Assembly: GCF_006345805.1 (NCBI RefSeq)
Contig: NC_042999.1
Coordinates: 113,956,001 to 114,020,000, forward strand
Origin: Octopus sinensis
Taxonomy: Eukaryota
Length of the DNA stretch: 64,000 nucleotides
Reading direction: 5' to 3'
The notes beneath the pieces were generated by a model that was not told the DNA's origin, ran no database searches, and saw nothing but the letters and a program-made list of their open reading frames with translations. Positions 11,346 to 24,026 of this stretch are shown piece by piece. Numbering within the stretch: the first letter of the stretch is position 1; each line of letters starts with the position of its first letter. A program made the position numbers and the translations under genes.

Positions 11346-12678
11346 AACAATGATGATGATGACGACGAGATACACATGCTCAGATTCAATTACTAAACTC
11401 CTAGCTATATGGCTACAACTTCAACTCTTACTGTAGCTGTTATGTAAGACCCATATCCGCTGCAGTTATTGACCAATGAAAAATAGGATCCATTCTTTCT
11501 TCACAGTTGAAGGATCAACAGTTGGAACAATAGCCAGATGAATATAAAGCAACAAAAATAAAATGTCCTCAGAAAACATAAAAACATGTAAAAAAAAAAA
11601 AAATTACTAGAAATTTTTTTTTTTTAAGTTTGTTATATTGTAAATGTTAGCTATCTAACATGTAAACTTACACCAAAAAAAAGTATGTGCATGATTAAAA
11701 AGCAAGAAAATTCATAAATAGGTGGTGTTAGGAAGGGCATTCAGCTGTAAAAACCATGACAAAATAGATACAGTAGCCTGGTGTAGCCTTCTACCTGGCT
11801 GGCTCCTCTCAAACCATCCAACCCATGCCAGTATGGAAGACAAGTGTTAAAATGATGATGGCTGAGTTGCTAGTGTCTAGAAAAGAATCCTTCTAGTAAA
11901 TCATCAGCAGCAGTTAGTGTCTGTATTCCATCAGCAGCAGTTAGTGTCTGTATTGGACATTTTGATAGGATCTCACAGATCAGAGAACTATGCTGAGCTC
12001 CAATGTCTGCTTTGGTTTGGTTTCTATGGCTGAAAGCTCCTCCTAATGCCAGCCACTTTAGAGTGTATAAATAATCAATGTCAATTAGTGAATTATTTAT
12101 AAAGAAATAACAACTTAGAGTATCTTCACTGCAATATGCAAAAAAAAAACATGCCATCATCTTCTGCATTTACATTGATGCTGTTTCACTCAAATCTACC
12201 ACTCTTTGAAGTGTTCCTTTCAAAAATGATGAAAATTATAAAGCATCTGTTGAACAGCAACCCACACACACATATAACATGTAATACAAAGATTACAAAA
12301 TTAGACAAATATAAGTCAAATTCTAATGTATTAAAGGAATCTACACTTAAAAGTAAGAGACAATCGAAGAACATCCTGGAATAATTCCATTTTCCATTTA
12401 AAGAAAAAGGCTTAGATCCACAGTAAAATCAATTTCTAAGGAGTTCGTGCTGAAGATATTGTACATTAAGCAATTCCAAGCAAAAATGCAGTGAGACAGG
12501 GCTCAACTGACTTAACTATGCTATTACAAAAAACAATTATTCATTTTCTTTAAATTATTCTTTCCTTGTTATTATGAGTAAGGATTGCTTTTTTTGTTTT
12601 CTAACATACATTTCTAAAATTTCTTTCTATCATTTTTACATCCAAAAAAAAATATCAACGCAAAATTTTCAAATTATT

Positions 12679-12859
12679 TAATCCTTTAACATTTAAACCA
12701 GCCATATCCAGCTCAAATATTTACCTATTGTATGTTTAAACTGACCAGATCTGGCCTCTCACACCTACCCTACAATGTCATTCTCAAGATTAATCAATCA
12801 CACCATCAAAATCTTGAAAAGCACAACATTTGACAGAGTAATCTGAATGCTAACAGGTT
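12679..12859 (-). mobile_element. TTAA-type MITE family M1 (degenerate)
   Basis: Reverse complement of the 26760, 49834 and 53916 copies (CCAGCCATATCC...CCTCTCACACCTACCCTACAATGTCATTCT...GACAGAGTAATCTGAATGCTAA). Confidence 0.7.
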
Positions 12860-13237
12860 ATGGAAACATTTTAGGAAATATTGCCAACAGAGAGATACTT
12901 TACCAGCAGTTGTTACTTTGATATATTCCAATGGAGTGCTACTATATGCTTGGATAGAAAAGACTGAAGCCATCTCAGAACATCTTCAAAGATGACAATG
13001 TAACATTATCTGAGTTGATGCTACTTGAAAATAGTTGCAGAGTTGACGTAACTAATGTGGAGATGCTAGTCAATATCTCAGAGATAAGTTACAAATTTCA
13101 ACCATCAGCTCATTGTTAAGGCTTCTCTAACAACAACACATCTATGCAGTAGTTTCAATTCACTATATACAATAAAATGGTTTGATTCCAAACCATTCAC
13201 ATTAGTAAAATAAGAAAAGCTTCCTTTTATGCCCTAG

Positions 13238-13520
13238 GCATGGTTGTACTGTAAGATGGTTGCTCCCCAAGCACATTGTTTCAGGTTCAATCTCACTGCA
13301 TGGCACCTTGGGTGAGTTTCACTCAAGCTGATCAAAGAGTGGATTTGGTAGACAGAAATAGGAAGAAGCCCATTACATTATGTATTGTTGTCCCCCACCA
13401 CTACATGATAACTGGTGTTGGTTTCTTGGCAGTTAAACAAAAGAGATTAATAGAATAAATAAACCCATCAAGACAATGCTCCAGCATGGCTGCAGTCAAG
13501 TGGCTGAAACAAATATAAAA
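13238..13520 (+). mobile_element. Family A CORE-like SINE (degenerate)
   Basis: GGCATGGTTG...GGTTCAATCTCACTGCATGGCACCTTGGG...GCTCCAGCATGGCTGCAGTCAAGTGGCTGAAAC. Confidence 0.7.
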
Positions 13521-14271
13521 AGGTAGAAAAACCAACATTTTAATTTTTTTTTTCTTTTCTTTTCAACCATATTTCACTTTTACTTCACTCATATTTTAAA
13601 CATGAAGGGATAATCCACTATCATATTTCTTACTACAGTCTAGGAAACAGATCTTTTCAACTGATAAGATGAGTGTTTTTGTTACATTTTAAGAGTTCTT
13701 CAAAATTCGTCAAACTGATCATTAGCGACTGAAAGCTAAACAATCATACATCAAAAAGTTGTTTTTATTTTTAAATGTAGTACTCACCAATTCCAGCATA
13801 TTTGATAAAAGATGTCCTTCCATGCAATAAATGCTACCCATAGTATAACTATCACAGACTATAAATCACTGCAAGTAAAAATGAAAACTCAATTAAACAA
13901 AAGTCAAATAAAAATCAATAACAAAGTATTTAGTACCCTACCCTGCCTACATATACGAGTGTGTGTGTGAATTTTTCAAATATGTATTAAAAAAGGAAAT
14001 GTACGGCTGTTATACACACACATATACATGTGTACACACACACACACACCTAGAAATTAAATTATGAAAGCTCAATGTCAAACCTAGAACAAAAATATGC
14101 ATGATGACTGAAAATTTTTAAAAAATATCTTCACAAATTTTTCAAACTTTGGTGGGGGGGATATATATGCTCTTTCTATTACTAAACATGGGTTGACAAT
14201 TGTTTCTGCATAAGAGACTGTATGCCTCCAATAATTTGAGTAATTTTTACTCATTTCAAATGGTCATTGAC

Positions 14272-15677
14272 TTGTTACATCCACCTAGGAAGGAGGTTAT
14301 ATTTTCAGTGGCGTTGGTCTGTCTGTCTGTCTGTCTGTGTGCAAAATAACTCAAAAAGTTGTGAACGGTATTTGATGAAACTTGCAGAAAAAGTTGGTAA
14401 TGACACAAAAAACAGATGATGAAATTTTGGTAGTGATCCAGGAATTTTTATGGATTCTTGAAGGAGTTTTCATTTGTTTTATTTACTTTACATGAAGTAT
14501 TAGTTATGTTCTTTGATTATCTCCCTTGAAAACATATCGTTTCCGCGTAACCTATGATGGTGTTGCTGTTTCCAAAGTTTATTTTCATTTTCCCCATGCC
14601 ATCCGTCCACTACAGAAATGTTCAAGTTGTATCACAACACTATGACAGAACTATTTCACCTCAATTGGCCCTGCTCTCTTCAACATCGTGCCAGACACAC
14701 ATAAAGGAAGAAAGTGACTTCCTGGCATTCAAACAATCTCTAGATGATTACTCACAACAAATACCAGATAAACCACCCACACCCAGATGTGTCTCTGAAA
14801 ATAATAACCCTCTGCTTGAATGGGCTACAGTTCCCCAGAGCTGACTGTGTATCTCTTCCAGGTGATGCTATTAAATTAGACATGGCCTGAGTCAACTTCG
14901 GCCGAAACTTATCTAAGTAATCTAATCTATGCTGTAACCTTTTAATCAAAGCATAGCAACGTGGGTAGAGGCTGATATCTTAACATTTCTGATGGTCTTA
15001 AGTATAAAAAAAATTATTAAAGATTTATATAGAACTACATTCAAAGTATGTCTATGAGCTATTGTGTTTAGACCTGGTTTCTATCCTCAAATTGTTCAGT
15101 TTTGTAGATGCAACTTTTTTTTTTTTTTTAATAAAGCACTCTGAAATTAGAAAAATCAAAAATCTGCAACAATCTCGGTCCCATGAGTATCGGATAATGG
15201 ATTTTCAACTGTGTAAAGATACTGATTGTGGTGATCGTAGTTTTGACGGTGATTGTGGTGAAAACAGATACAGTGTTTATGATGACGATGGTCGAGATAA
15301 GTATGGGAGGAGGATAAAACAGTATTGGTGGTTATAATGGTGACAGGAACGGAGTGATGTATGATGCTGAGGTGATGGTGGTAACAGTGGTGTTGATGAT
15401 AGTGTTAGTTATGTGATGGTGGTATTGTAGTGGTTATACTGGTTGTGGTGGTGAAAGTGACTGTCAAGGTAACCATCATAATAATGGTGATGGCAGTGTA
15501 TGTGGTTGAAGCGGAAGCAATGACAATGCTTCTGATGATGATGGTGGTTGTGGTGGTGGTGATAGTGGTAGGATAGTTGTGGAGCTGATTATGATATGAT
15601 GGTGGTGGTGGTCGTCGTCGTAGTGCTGCTCCTGCTGGTTTGGCGGAGGTCTGCGCTCTCCGAGTGCTTTTCTAGTT
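14272..15677 (+). mobile_element. Helentron-associated (HINE/DINE-1-like) element, interrupted by a CR1 fragment and GAT/GGT-rich DNA
   Basis: 5' end TTGTTACATCCACC...GGAGGTTATATTTTCAGTGGCGTT followed by (GTCT)n at about 14317-14337. 3' end GGCGGAGGT (15642-15650), hairpin GCGCTC-TCC-GAGTGC and CTAGTT (15672-15677). Confidence 0.65.
14623..14932 (+). mobile_element. CR1-group LINE 3' fragment (frameshifted)
   Basis: Translates QNYFTSIGPALFNIVP / HIKEESDFLAFKQSLDDYSQQIPDKPPTPRCVSENNNPLLEW. This resembles the CR1 C-terminal FKxxLDxxLxxIPDxP...NSL.W motif and is followed by a short 3' UTR and TAATC repeats. Confidence 0.72.
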
Positions 15678-16950
15678 ATCATTATCCTTATTATCATTAT
15701 TGTCCACAACTATATTCAATCATAGACATTGGGTAAACCTCAAGTAATATCAGTAATGTGATCAGTGTATTTATTTTGCCAAATGCAAATTAGATATGAC
15801 TTGCCAACTACTTCTTAAAATTTTGCTTTTAAACAATCTTACAGCATCACCCCCAACCCCCAGCCAGTGCATATTGAATGAACAAATTTCAATAACTTTA
15901 CATATGAAGCAAAATGGCCAAGTAGATAACAAGTTCAAATCTGCTGCTTGCATTTCATTGTGTTTGTGACCAGAACACATTATTCTGCATTATCTCCATT
16001 ATCTCAGTTCATTTCTTGGCATTTCCATCACCCTCACATACTTCTGACTTCATCCCTGGCAGTGTACATCTCTCTCTTCCCCCCCCCCACTTCCCACACA
16101 CATAACATCATCTTTGTTTCCATCTATTACCTTTCTGACCCACACCTACTTCCTCCACCTTCCCCACCAATTCACATTCATGACTGACCATGCTTCCACC
16201 CATGTTCACCACTCACTGCATTCCCCTCCATCCCCATCTCCATCCACCTGCCACTCACCTCTCACAGTGCTGTAGACTGACCCAGTCACTTATATTCACC
16301 TTCCTGTAACTGAAGGGTATGCTATGGCACATCTTCACCACCATCCTCTTTTTTCTTCTTGAAGTAACCATGTAACTTCCTATTCCTCTCCCTCTATAGA
16401 TACCTATTCCTCTCCTTCTATTATACTTTCACTTCTCAACATCTGGCACAAAGCCACCGCTATCAGTACTATATTCCCCTCAGTTGAGAGGTCTTACAAG
16501 TTACCCACTAGTGCTAGTACCATATTAAAAAAACACCTGGTACACACTGAAATGGTTGGTATTAGGAAGAATATCCAGCAACAACAAAAAAATGCTAAAG
16601 CAGATATTTCAGTGTTGTTCTCTGGCTCACCAGCCCATCAAACCATCCATGCCAGCACAGAAAAAGGATAGATGATGATGAGGAGGAGGAAGAGGATGAT
16701 GATGATGATGATGATGTTGACCTCCATTTGTGCAAGTTGTAAGGAATAGTACAAAATCTTTTAAGAATGTTACATGTAACAGACTTTCTTCCAGTGGGAG
16801 GTGAAGATATATATTTCTCACTGACTACTTACCAGTAAACAAGAGCTAACAACTAGTTTTCAATGGATTTCTCTGAATTGAGGAGACATTCAGAGCAGAT
16901 AGGCACTGTAGGAGCTTCCCTCAATCAAGAAGTGAGAATTTCATTTTCTG

Positions 16951-17540
16951 GATGACATCCTGAGATAAGTAGATTAATATACTGATAGGATTGCCAAGAG
17001 AGCCACTACACGGTCATTTAACTTGCAAGAAATAGCATTGAAATTTGTCAGATTACACTATATCATTAAATAATGGTTACCTGATATAAAAAAAGATTGG
17101 AAACAGAAGTTGATTGATTTACGGTTTCATATTAAAATATGTCATGTACAAAATGATAGCTTCCAAATCCTGTTTTCTGACTGGGTGAAAATTATCAAAC
17201 TTAAAACCTCTATAACTATTTTTTTAAAAATTTTCTGGAGAAAGTGAAATATCTCCTGAGCTTGGAAAACTACATTACTGTACCAAATTTTTAAATTTTC
17301 AATAAACTTCGAACTTTCTAAAATTGGCAGCCAAACTGTAAAGATCCAAATTGCGTTTATTTTCAAGATGACATCCTGGGATAAGTAGATTAATACACTT
17401 TACACAATTCTGATAGGAGTTGCCAAGAGAGCCACTACATGGTCACTTAACTTGCAAGAAATAGCAGTCAAATTTCTGTCAAATTACACCATATCATATT
17501 AAATAATAGTTACCTGATATATAAAAAAAGATTGGATTGT
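16951..17540 (+). repeat. Local direct repeat of about 150-170 bp (16951-17100 and about 17367-17537)
   Basis: GATGACATCCTG(A/G)GATAAGTAGATTAATA...TTGCCAAGAGAGCCACTACA...CTTGCAAGAAATAGCA...TTACCTGATATAAAAAAAGATTGG occurs twice. Confidence 0.85.
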
Positions 17541-19673
17541 CATGGCTGGAATACTGTGATCAAAGGTCAGCTTGACCAGAGCTAAACAGGAGCTAAATAC
17601 CACCTCCTCCCATTCGAACAGAGAGCCATTGAGAAAAAAGAGAAACTCTACATAGTTGCTTGGCCTGGTGAAAATAGCAACCAAATTTCTTGCAAATCAC
17701 TTTACTATCTTAAAAAAAAAAAAGTTATATTTCCATAGAATGGTCCTAGACCCTCCTAGTCTGAATAAAAGACATTGTCACAAGTGAAGAATATGATTAT
17801 AAATCTGTTTGATCAGGGCTGGCCTGGGACACTAAAGACTAATAACAACAACAATAGTCCTTATTGGATCAAGATTTTGAAGTCATGATCTTGCAGACTG
17901 TATTCCAATACCTTAATCCCAGACAAAGCTTTCAACTATTGTTGTCAAACATTTGTCAGAAAGAAAGAAAGCAAGAAGGAAGACAACAGAGAGAAAGATT
18001 GCGTAAAATAGCAAAGGGAGAATTCATAGCTCACAAATACAAAAGGAAAAATGATGTAATATGTAGAAGATAGCAAATAACAGGGTGGTGGGAAAAGGGA
18101 CAGCCACTAGATATCAGTGTCTAGAGTAGATTACTTAATATGCTAAGCTACCAACAGAATATGAATGTCTGGCTAAAAGGAAATGAAATATCCAAAGTTG
18201 GAATGTCTTGAAAATAATAAGAGAAGAAAAAAATTCAAATTCATATGTCATTCCCAGTAACACAGGCAGGAAATGACATAACCTATAACCATCAAAATAA
18301 CACATATCTCTTACTACCATGTTCACACACACACAAACACATATACACACACACATACATTGCATCCATGTGTGTAAACACAAGAGGATATACACATATA
18401 TTTACATGTTTGTTATCAGTGTATTCATATATGTGCACATATAGAAGTGTGTGTGTGTGTGTGTGTGTGAGTATATATATATATATTTGTGTGTGTATGT
18501 GCCACCTATCTTAAAAATGAAAAAAATATACTAAAAACATTAGTCATTTATTGGAAACTTTTGGGGGGTTTTTTTTCCTCATTTTTAAAGTAGATTTCCA
18601 CTTTAACTAGAACACAATAAAATCATTAAACAGTTTGACAAATGAAATTAAACAAGAGTATTATATAATCCAAACAGAACCACAAAAACAAAAAAGAGAA
18701 AAGGCTGAACAGTTAGAATACAAAACTTCCATTCTATCTAATGTCTAATATTTAATAAGCAAAAAATACAATTACATTGTGAGTTTTGAAGTATGAAATT
18801 TTAAAAAAATATATATAAAAATAATTAATTTTTGACACTTTAGTTGTTTTCTTCTATGGATGTCAGTTAATATAATAATAATTTGAAATAAAATTCTTCT
18901 GAATTTGCTCATACTTCAGAGTGTGACCTAAAGTTGTGACCAAATAGCCCAACAAGCTCAAGGACTGATAACTTCATAGCCACACTGGATGCAATGCTGT
19001 TGAGCCCCAGGTCAATGCTGATCAAACAGACTTATGATCAAAAGAATTCCAGTTATGACCATATCTTAATATAGTCTGTAAGATTATATTGTCTATGTGT
19101 CCTTTCCCAAAACAGTAGCATGAAATTTGAAAGAGATTTAGCTAACCATGAAGAGGGATCCCAAGCTCCAGAAGCATTTTGTTGTAACCTGGAGTATGAA
19201 ACAAGCACTTGCAATAAGTCTTTACATTTCATTTAACCTAGCTATCAGAGACAGATACCAGAGAAATGTTATCTCCAGCACATTTATTGTGTGACATTCT
19301 ATCCAAAATCTACATTTGTTTCATATACTTAGACCTATCAAACAGCCTGGAGCAAAAAAAAAAATAATAATAATAACTTGACATCATGGTTCCAATTAAT
19401 TTCTTCAAAGACGGATCAGTAAATTTACCAAACCAAGATGAAGTATGAGCTATTTGCCTATATAGGTTCAGATATGGCTGTGTAGCTAGAAACCCACTTT
19501 ACAACCATCAGGTTTCAACTCTGATAAATTGCCCAGCACCTTGGGCAAGTGTCTTCTATAGTTTCAAGCATACATTTAATACTATATCAACCAATAAGGG
19601 CTTTTGTTTTTTTTGGTTTTCCTTTTAGTACCTATGCAGGTCCCTCTGAAGAAACCTGCTGATACCCCCACCC

Positions 19674-19892
19674 TAATTTCGTTATTGCCCACAAGGGGCT
19701 AAACATAGAGGGGACAAACAAGGACAGACAAAGGGATTAAGTCGATTACATTGACCCCAGTGTGTAACTGGTACTTAATTTATCGACCTCAAAAGGATGA
19801 AAGGCAAAATCGACCGTGGTGGAATTTGAACTCAAAACGTAATGGCAGACGAAATACCACTAAGCATTTTGGCTGGCATGCTAATGTTTCTG
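19674..19892 (-). mobile_element. Family C SINE, tail subtype 2
   Basis: Reverse complement of the family C head and core, with tail GACTTAATCCCTTTGTCTGTCCTTGTTTGTCCCCTCTATGTTTAGCCCC; the same tail occurs at 47030-47095. Confidence 0.85.
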
Positions 19893-20381
19893 TCAACTTG
19901 CTGATACCCCCACACAGTGATCCCCTTGTGCCCAAGCATGGAAAGGTGGAGAGCTGATCCCCATCCACCTACCCCAGGGCTCATAGTCCTGTGAACTGCA
20001 TAGTGACATGAATAGTGCAGGTGACATGAAAAAAAAAAAGCACCCAATTGATGTTATGAAGTGGTTGGTGTTAGGATAAAAACCATACCAACACAGATAC
20101 TGTTGCTTAATGCAGTCCTTAGATACATCAGTTCCTGTTAAACCATCCAATTCATGCCAGCATGGGACATGGGCATATGGTGATGATGACTACAGCTTCC
20201 ATAGTTAGAAAGAGAGGGAAGAGAGAGAAACTGCAACACATGTTACTTTTCCGTGAGCTTCATGGGTAAATTATCGCAACTGCTTTTCTAAATGACATTC
20301 AGCTTTATCATGGTAGATGAGGCCAGGCCAAGTTGCTTTTATTCTCATTATTGAATTACAATCCTTGTTCACAGTGAGTTT

Positions 20382-20599
20382 TGTTACTGTATTTGTATTG
20401 AAATACATTGCCTTTGTTTCAATTAATTTGTAAAATAATGAAGAATTTATTAAAAATAACTGTTGTTATTAAGTTGGTGCTTGAAACAAATTAATGTGGA
20501 ATTTTGATGAAAAGTTTTAATTTGGATCACTTTAATATGGTGAATTTGTATCATAGAAACTATGGGTAACCTCAGGCTGGTTATTATCAAAAGGGTTAA
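20382..20599. mobile_element. TTAA-type MITE family M2 (left end eroded)
   Basis: Internal sequence shared with 36373-36587, 54297-54517 and 59582-59808; ends in ATCAAAAGGG-TTAA. Confidence 0.7.
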
Positions 20600-20645
20600 A
20601 TTTGCACATTGAATATATTTAAGTTATGCTCTGACTGGATACTTC

Positions 20646-21568
20646 CCATAAAAACCTATGTAATTTGCGCACCTGGGTAATTTACGCAGGTGATTTTCAG
20701 GACAAAATTTATTTTAAAAAAAAGCTTCAACTCATGTAAAATTCACACCCAAAAGTCTTCGGAATTTCCAATATGGCCACTGGGGAAAAGAGATTTTCAG
20801 TTTAGTTGTATCTAGCATAATTTCACTTATGATTTATTTCATTAAATTTTCATTAGATAAAAATAATTTTGGTTTAACAGGTATCACATTAAAAGCTATT
20901 AAATTACAAAGTCTTTGTGCTGTTTATAATAATACTAGCTGACCCTGTGCCGTCAAAAATGACAGCTAATTGTAGTATTTTATATATAAATATGGATGGT
21001 AAGTCAAATTAATACACTTGTCGATGTTATCTAGTGATTGTCTTTTGAGATGTGACATCAATCATTGTTTGTTACTGAAAGAACGCTGGTTCACACACAT
21101 AAATATTCACATACTTCACTTGTACACGCACACATATGCACACATACACAGAGTTGAAACGCTGTTCATCTACCACCCCTTCCTTTCTCATTCATATGTT
21201 GTGACAGAGAAAAACACAAGTGTATTATTATAGTAGAAGATGGCCCGGACTGTGATTACCAGCATGAATGTCAGGCCTCAAAAAGTAGTTAACAATTTAA
21301 TCATTTTAGTAAATTTATACAGGAAAAATAAGCTTATACTGTCCAGCAAAAATAAATTATATTTAAGCCCTTATTTTTTCTGTAAAACCTATTCTGAGAC
21401 TAGATGAATCAACTTCCGGTATGAATGTTTAAGTTTTGTATGTCTTCTTTCAATAGAAAAATATCTAAAAAAATTCTACAAACGATCTAATGTAATTTAC
21501 ACACCAACTTAGGTTTATTTTTATTTTTGTGGGGGAAAAAAATGCATAAATTACATGGGTTTTTATGG
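20646..21568. mobile_element. Tc1/mariner(pogo)-type non-autonomous TIR element
   Basis: Left TIR CCATAAAAACCTATGTAATTTGCGCA (20646-20671) versus reverse complement of 21543-21568 CCATAAAAACCCATGTAATTTATGCA (3 mismatches in 26). TA follows the right end; the left TA is not preserved. Confidence 0.65.
20935..21240 (-). mobile_element. Non-autonomous Helitron (306 bp)
   Basis: Minus strand: flanking A, 5' TC, 3' CTAG, flanking T. A 7-bp hairpin GCTGTCA-TTTT-TGACGGC (20949-20966) lies 10 nt before the CTAG. Confidence 0.8.
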
Positions 21569-21724
21569 TAGCATTAAAGCTTACAGCAGAGTTATATAAG
21601 TAACAAGTAGCTATGCTTGACTGGACAAAAGACAAAGTCTGCCACCCACAGACACAGACTTCCTGGTGTGACAGCCTTTTATGCATTTCTTTCAACTCAA
21701 TTTCATATACAAGGTTTGAGTCAA

Positions 21725-22130
21725 CTCAAGCTTGTGGTGGAAGACACTTAGCCAATGTGCTGTGTAGTGTGCATGGCACCTATGGCAAGTGCCTTCTACT
21801 ATATAGCTTCGGGCCAACAAAGCCTTGTGAGTGGATTTGGTAGACAGAAACTGAAAGAAGCCGCGTGCGCATGCGTGCGTGCGTGCGTGTGTGTGTATAT
21901 GTAATACATCTATATATCTGTATGTGAGTGTTTTTATGTTTGTTTGTTCCCTACCACTGTTTGATAACCAGTGTTAGCATGTTTATGTCACCCATAAATT
22001 GGCAGTTTGGTGAAAAGAGACTGATAGAATAAGTGGCAGGCTTTAAAAAAAAAAAGCCCTGGGGTTGATTTGTTCAACTAAAACCCTTCATGGCCACAGT
22101 CAAATGACAGAAACAAGTAAAAGATAAAAG
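21725..22130 (+). mobile_element. Family A CORE-like SINE with central GC/GT alternating tract
   Basis: GGCACCTATGGCAAGTGCCTTCTACTATAGC...GGATTTGGTAGACAGAAACTGAAAGAAGCC, then the microsatellite, then the 3' half ending GGCCACAGTCAAATGACAGAAACAAGTAAAAG. Confidence 0.8.
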
Positions 22131-22338
22131 ATAGAACTACACAGGCATGAAGCAAAACTTCTTTAACATTAGGGCCATGTGTACACCTACAATATTTAGA
22201 TTACCACCACAATTTCTCTCTCCCAGTCTGTTTTTTGTTAAGGAAGCTGGCTACTACACCTGATCTTTGCACACAAATACAAGTCTAAATAAAATTCAGA
22301 AGGCTTTATAGTGTACAAACAAGACCAGGGTTATAATC

Positions 22339-22460
22339 AATGATAGAATAAACATGAGTGAGACTAAAGTCTTAATCAGCAACAGAGTAAACATGAATGA
22401 GATTAAAGCCATCATCAGTGATAGACTATACATGAATGAGATTAAAATCAACAGTGATAT
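22339..22460 (+). repeat. About 39-bp minisatellite, roughly 3 units
   Basis: ATCA(A/G)TGATAGAxTAAACATGA(G/A)TGAGA(C/T)TAAAG repeats at 22339, 22378 and 22417. Confidence 0.8.
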
Positions 22461-22491
22461 ATATTTTCTTTCCTTTTAAGAACAGGTGCAG

Positions 22492-22760
22492 GAGTTGTGT
22501 GGTAAGATGTTTGCTTCTCAAAAACATGGTTCCATGTTCAGGCTCATTGCATGGCACCTTGGGCTGTGTCTTTTACTAAAGCAATGGGCTGACCAAAGCT
22601 TTGTGAGCAGATTTGCTAAATGGGAACTGAAAGAAGCCTGTTGTGCATGCATATATAAATTTGTATACACACACACAATTACTGGGGTACTTTTGTTCAA
22701 CAAAAAACCCCTTCAAGGTGGTGCCCAGCATCACTTCACCACAATGACTGGAACAGGTAA
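22492..22760 (+). mobile_element. Family A CORE-like SINE
   Basis: GCAGGAGTTGTGTGGTAAGATGTTTGCT...GGCACCTTGGGCTGTGTC...GAACTGAAAGAAGCC...GTGCCCAGCATC. Confidence 0.75.
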
Positions 22761-23039
22761 ATCATTACTAAAATTGGTATTATAATTTCAAGATATGGAG
22801 AGCTTTATAATTCACTCAACTATATTGCATATGTAAGAATGCCAACCAGAGACAGATTACTCTGCTCAACAAGACAAATCAATGCAAGACCCTCTACATA
22901 ATTGCTTGACCTACTAGAAACAACAGCCATTAATAGCAGTTCTTCATTCAACATGGTTCCCCAACCTGTAAGAATGAGATGCAACACCTAATTTATTCAT
23001 CATCTTGTGACTGGTGCAAACAATCACTGTGATATTATT

Positions 23040-23290
23040 CCGGACCCAGGATTTTCTTGTCTGTCTCTTCTTTGCCTTCCTTCAACAGTCTTGTGGAGAA
23101 TGGTTTTGGACAGGGAGTACCACATTGAAATGCCAAGAGCTTATGTGGTGCATCTCTGTACTACATATGCTTTTGGCATTTCACTGTAGCAAGGAATGAC
23201 ATTTTGTCCTACAAAATTGTTTGCCTTGTGCTCTGTGTATAAGATGCATAGCAGCCTTCCATAACAGTTGCATTTGAACATCTCTATTCA
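23040..23290 (-). mobile_element. Degenerate RTE-clade LINE 3' fragment
   Basis: Minus strand translates SLSKTILHKTVEGRQRRDRQEN, matching the RTE C-terminal LSKTILQGTVEGxRRRGRQRK motif. Confidence 0.6.
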
Positions 23291-24026
23291 TTGTTTTTTA
23301 TCAGCTATGAATGTCCAATTTTCACATCCAGACAATAAAACTGAAGTCATTTTCATCTGAATGAACTGAAGCAACATGAAATAAAAGGTCTTGTCCAAGG
23401 ACACAATGTACAAACCACTTCAGTAACTGAATCCATGACCTTACAATAAATTGTGAGTTGAACAGCTAAACCACTAGGCTATGAACATTCACTAAATAAA
23501 CAAATAAACAAACAGTGAATAAATAAAATATAATGATACACATAGCGTTTACATAACATTTTTCTAACCATACACAAAAGCAGTCCAGTAGAAATGCTTT
23601 CCTAGACAAGCGTTATGCTACTTTAGTTTGCTAGCATGGAGTGTTGAGAGATTCTCAAGTGAAACCTGTTCCTCTCAATAGCAACTCAACAGCAAATATT
23701 AGGGTTAAGTGGTTATAAAAAAAATTACATTGTGCATGTAAGTTCTTGTGCATTATTATTATAATCATCATAAAAAGATTATGTCATTAGTTTGTAACTA
23801 TGCTGTTTTCTAGGTTATTTAAAAATTATTTTTAAAATAGGTCAATTTTACTGGTTCATCATTAGCAAGACTGGTGAGTTTATAGTGAGATAAGCCTTAA
23901 GACAAGCATAGTGCTATTTTGTTGCTCAGGACATAAAAGAATTCTAAAAAGTAACTGAGATTTCCTATGAAGTTAACCAATATTTCATAGAAATTTAAGA
24001 AGAACTTTGACACAATCCTTTATAGA

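Noticed and set aside
11902-11954. 26-bp tandem duplication CATCAGCAGCAGTTAGTGTCTGTATT
   Set aside because: The duplication is real but is simple local slippage next to a decayed SINE, with no sign of function.
21862-21900. Alternating GC/GT tract with Z-DNA potential
   Set aside because: It is the ordinary central microsatellite of family A SINEs and is not locus-specific.
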